IMG/VR virus record: IMGVR_UViG_3300017716_001690
Location: 1-44,709 of that record
Direction: 5' to 3' (one strand)
DNA length: 44,709 nt
DNA from: a virus
Lineage: Duplodnaviria; Caudoviricetes
This document shows, one piece after another, positions 44,203 through 44,709 of the stretch. Below the pieces are notes generated by a model. The model had not been told where the DNA came from. It saw only the letters and a program-made list of their open reading frames with translations, and did not search any database. The position numbers were made by a program, and so were the translations under genes. Every line of letters begins with the position of its first letter. Position 1 is the first letter of the stretch.

Positions 44203-44415
44203 TTAGCCGATAAGGGCGCGGTACGAACGCGCCAGTTGATACGTGTCCGGGGTGTTCGATTCCCACGCTTGCGAAGTCAAGACGTCGAGTTGATCCGCCG
44301 ACCGGCTTTCATAGAACGCGGCTTGCTTCGCGGCAAAAGCCGGGTCGAGTTGCGCGGTGCGAGCGTGGTACGCTTTGAGTTGCGCGGCGTTCAGAATTTC
44401 GGACCATTGCGACAT
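44203..44415 (-). CDS. hypothetical protein
   Basis: ATCAACAGGGAGA RBS, 70 aa. Confidence 0.7.
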   Translation of the reverse strand: MSQWSEILNAAQLKAYHARTAQLDPAFAAKQAAFYESRSADQLDVLTSQAWESNTPDTYQLARSYRALIG

Positions 44416-44457
44416 TGTCTTGTCTCCCTGTTGATCAGTCAGTGATACACCCGATAC

Positions 44458-44473
44458 GTTGCCAAGTCGTTAA
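44458..44473 (-). promoter_or_regulatory. CtrA-like box TTAA-CGACTTG-GCAAC
   Basis: Identical to the copies at 4586 and 15932; a further TTAACGACTTG half-copy lies at 44560-44570. Confidence 0.65.
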
Positions 44474-44699
44474 CGTCGGGCGGGTGCGACAACCCGACGC
44501 ACAAGCGCCCGGCGCGGTCGGTCAAGACCATCGCCGGGCGTCGTGTTGTAACATTATCACAAGTCGTTAACCTTGGGTTGCGTGACGATTGAATAATTTC
44601 GAAATCATTCAATGTTTAGGAATTCTCAACTCGCGCCACAATCCCGCCTCAGTTTGACCCCAAATCGACCCCAAAAACTACCGCGCACGATTTTTTGAG

Positions 44700-44709
44700 G
44701 AAGCCGCCG
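44700..44709. repeat. 10-bp terminal direct repeat GAAGCCGCCG (right copy)
   Basis: Matches positions 2-11. Confidence 0.6.

Overview
The window looks like a complete ~44.7 kb linear genome of a GC-rich tailed dsDNA phage (siphovirus-type). It has an HK97-like head, cos-type packaging genes and an RcGTA/BR0599-like tail tip. The host is most likely an alphaproteobacterium, judging from CtrA-like boxes upstream of early genes and RpoD-like sigma region-4 proteins. Layout: HNH and primase-helicase plus two sigma70-region-4 proteins (minus strand, 124-4501); a plus-strand replication operon (SF2 helicase, VRR-NUC nuclease, Cas4-like exonuclease, SSB, family B DNA polymerase; 4645-13169); small early genes each with its own CtrA-like promoter (13159-15950 and 43082-44570); a nucleotide-processing trio; small membrane/lysis genes with no recognisable endolysin; and a long minus-strand morphogenesis operon (19287-42985). 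No integrase, parA or tRNA was recognised. The most striking element is a translationally coupled six-gene glycosyltransferase/methyltransferase cluster (31743-36264) inside the head module. It holds two Maf/CstII-like proteins, a GT-D/methyltransferase fusion and three GT-A enzymes. It coincides with recurrent [G/A/S/T]-Ser-Pro motifs in nearly every surface-exposed virion protein, suggesting a phage-encoded virion O-glycosylation system with its own acceptor sequon. All family assignments come from motif recognition by eye, without database searches.
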